NCBI GenBank assembly: GCA_001643675.2
Contig: LSRY02000007.1
Location: 1-64,000, forward strand
Reading direction: 5' to 3'
From: Monocercomonoides exilis PA203
Lineage: Eukaryota > Protista > Preaxostyla
DNA length: 64,000 nucleotides
Each line of letters begins with the position of its first letter. Positions within the stretch are counted from its first letter, which is position 1. Below, piece after piece: positions 62,054 to 64,000 of this stretch. Made by a program: the position numbers and the translations under genes. Below the pieces are notes generated by a model. That model made no database searches and was not told the origin of the DNA. It saw only the letters and a program-made list of their open reading frames with translations.

Positions 62054-64000
62054 TTATCTATTAAGACTTGACAAATGCTGCAGGTTTTTCAAAGTTTCTT
62101 GATTTTGTGATATATGTTCGATAAGTTGCCTTTTCATTGTCTGAGAAAGAGTGCTTGAGTAATCCGTATCTACTTCACTCTTCTTGAATATTGAATCAAT
62201 AGCATTTATTAACTCGCCTATATTTTGTTCTGTAGATTTTGCATTTTCCCCTGTTTTGCTTGGATTATTGTCATGTGACTGAATATTTCCACTTAACTTC
62301 CTTTTTTGTTTGTTGTTTGAAGTTTCTTCCACAGAAGATCTCTTTTTGACTTGTTTATGCATTTCTTTCTTTCTGTTTTTTGAAGCAGTCAAGTTGCTAC
62401 GTGTATAATCTTCAGAATGCTGTTCACTTTCCTCAGGAAAATTCTTTTGATCATTCCTCTCGTCTCTTAGCTGATTTTTAGGTTGTCTTTCCAAAGCATC
62501 CTCTTCAAAGTATTTCTGAGCAACTTTCTCTTTCTCTTTCTCCTTCTCCTTCTCTTTCTCTTTGTTCCTTTTCAATTCCTCAAATTGCTTCAACAAATCA
62601 GAAAGTCTGTCCAAAATTTCACTTTCTTTTTGCTCTTTTTCGGATGCAGAATCAATTTGAGTCTCTTCATTTTCGAATTCATCAGCCTTCTCTTCATCAA
62701 ACGAATGCATTTTTCTTTTATTCGTCTTTGTTGGTCTTCCTTCTTCAGAATGTGCTGTATTCCTTTTTGTTGATTCTTGCGTGTTGGATTTTTCTTTCTT
62801 TGGAGTTGAAAGCTTCGAACTTTTTGCTTTTTTATTATCTTCTTCTTTTTCCTCTTCTTCTTCATTTTCCTTTTTCTTGTCCGTTTTTTCTGAATTTTCC
62901 TTGTGCATTTCTTCCTCTTTCTTTTTTTCCTCTCTTTCGTTTCGATGTAGCTGCCCCAGCAATGCTTGTGTGATTGTGTCAATAAGATCGTCTTCGTCCT
63001 TCAGCCATTCAATCAGCGCATCACTTTCAGACACCTCATCTTCTGCACCAGCAATCACATCATTCTCTTCGTTTTGCGTTTGCTTTCTATCCTTTTGAGA
63101 TGAAATTTGTTCTTCTTCTTCTCGTATTTCTTCTTCTTCCTCTTCCTCTTCCTCTTCCTCTTCTTCTTCTTCTTCCTCCTCCTCCTCCTCATCTTCTTCT
63201 TCTTCGTCGTCGTCGTCGTCATTCTCATATTCACCATTTTCTTTGTCAATCCCATCCTTTTCATTATTCTTTTGTTCTCTTCGAAATTCATCAGTTCCTT
63301 TTCCATCTGCCATTCTGCCAGCAAAAGGAGAGTTCACAGCATTCAGACTGGATGGCGTGTGGAGAGTGAAGCTGCGTTGTAATGTTGTTGGTGTGGAAGA
63401 GAAAGACGAAAGTGGCAGAGGAGGAGGAGGAGGAAGGAAAGTGTTGGTAGAAGGAGAGTTGATTGGAGATTTGAGTTCTGATTGGGCAGATGGAAGAGCA
63501 GAATGGACATGTGAATAAGAGCCAAAGGGAGAGAAAGAGGCAGATGCGAAAGGAGAAGAAGAAAAGCTATTCGAATGAGGAGAAGATTGAAATGAAGCAT
63601 TGGAAGAAGATAGCTTGGCAGGCAAAGGGGCAGGAGGAAGAACAGGAAGTGAATGAAGAGAAGATGCTGTGAGAGTCGAAAAAGCAGACGGAAGAGACGA
63701 ACGAGGAGGAGAAGGAGTGGCAAAAGAACCTTTGAATTGAGAGGCCGATGGAGGCGAAAGAAGAGAATATGGCGAGGGGGGTGTGAATGAAGAGGATTCC
63801 AATGAAGGATTGAAAAATGATGAATGAGTACTTGAATTCAGAGGAGGAGGTGGTGGAGGAGGAGGCAGGTTGTGAGGTTGAGAGCGAGAAGTGCTTTCTT
63901 TCTGGTCATTGGAAGGAACACAGCAGTCTGAAACAGACTCATTTTTCGTGCTCTCTTTTGTGATGTTGACATTTTCACTCTTTTGAGAAATTACTGATGT
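62054..64000 (-). CDS. 3' part of a low-complexity Pro/Ser-rich and Glu/Lys-rich protein (starts beyond the window)
   Basis: 582-aa ORF whose coding-like composition continues to the window edge; poly-Pro and poly-Glu tracts. Confidence 0.75.
   Translation of the reverse strand, partial: TSVISQKSENVNITKESTKNESVSDCCVPSNDQKESTSRSQPHNLPPPPPPPPLNSSTHSSFFNPSLESSSFTPPSPYSLLSPPSASQFKGSFATPSPPRSSLPSAFSTLTASSLHSLPVLPPAPLPAKLSSSNASFQSSPHSNSFSSSPFASASFSPFGSYSHVHSALPSAQSELKSPINSPSTNTFLPPPPPLPLSSFSSTPTTLQRSFTLHTPSSLNAVNSPFAGRMADGKGTDEFRREQKNNEKDGIDKENGEYENDDDDDEEEEDEEEEEEEEEEEEEEEEEEEEEIREEEEQISSQKDRKQTQNEENDVIAGAEDEVSESDALIEWLKDEDDLIDTITQALLGQLHRNEREEKKKEEEMHKENSEKTDKKKENEEEEEKEEDNKKAKSSKLSTPKKEKSNTQESTKRNTAHSEEGRPTKTNKRKMHSFDEEKADEFENEETQIDSASEKEQKESEILDRLSDLLKQFEELKRNKEKEKEKEKEKEKVAQKYFEEDALERQPKNQLRDERNDQKNFPEESEQHSEDYTRSNLTASKNRKKEMHKQVKKRSSVEETSNNKQKRKLSGNIQSHDNNPSKTGENAKSTEQNIGELINAIDSIFKKSEVDTDYSSTLSQTMKRQLIEHISQNQETLKNLQHLSSLNR

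Overview
Left end of a linear, AT-rich, intron-rich eukaryotic chromosome. Gene style and one recognised expanded family suggest an oxymonad such as Monocercomonoides (inference). From the end inwards: a nanopore-adapter remnant, ~3 kb of (CCCTAA)n telomere, and a 7.86-kb head-to-tail array of a near-identical, non-coding ~1.03-kb unit. Each unit ends in an 11-nt telomeric tract, the innermost copy joins a longer telomeric seed, and the outermost copy is truncated and capped by telomere. Next come a short degenerate 16-mer motif cluster, a two-domain type I surface protein and a decayed paralogue of an expanded family. The gene-dense interior holds a giant (~5,000 aa) UBR1-type N-recognin E3 ligase, a prominin/Tweety-like pentaspan protein, an LCAT/PLA2G15-like lipase, an intronless GH13 alpha-amylase, a divergent pair of low-complexity/coiled-coil genes, an S41 peptidase, a FYRN-FYRC (TBRG1-like) protein, a cathepsin B-like protease with an apparent C-terminal membrane anchor, and the 3' part of a low-complexity gene. 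The best candidate for a new system is the subtelomeric array, whose polarity and junctions fit a non-autonomous telomere-primed (retro)element. Exon structures were assembled by eye and no database searches were run.
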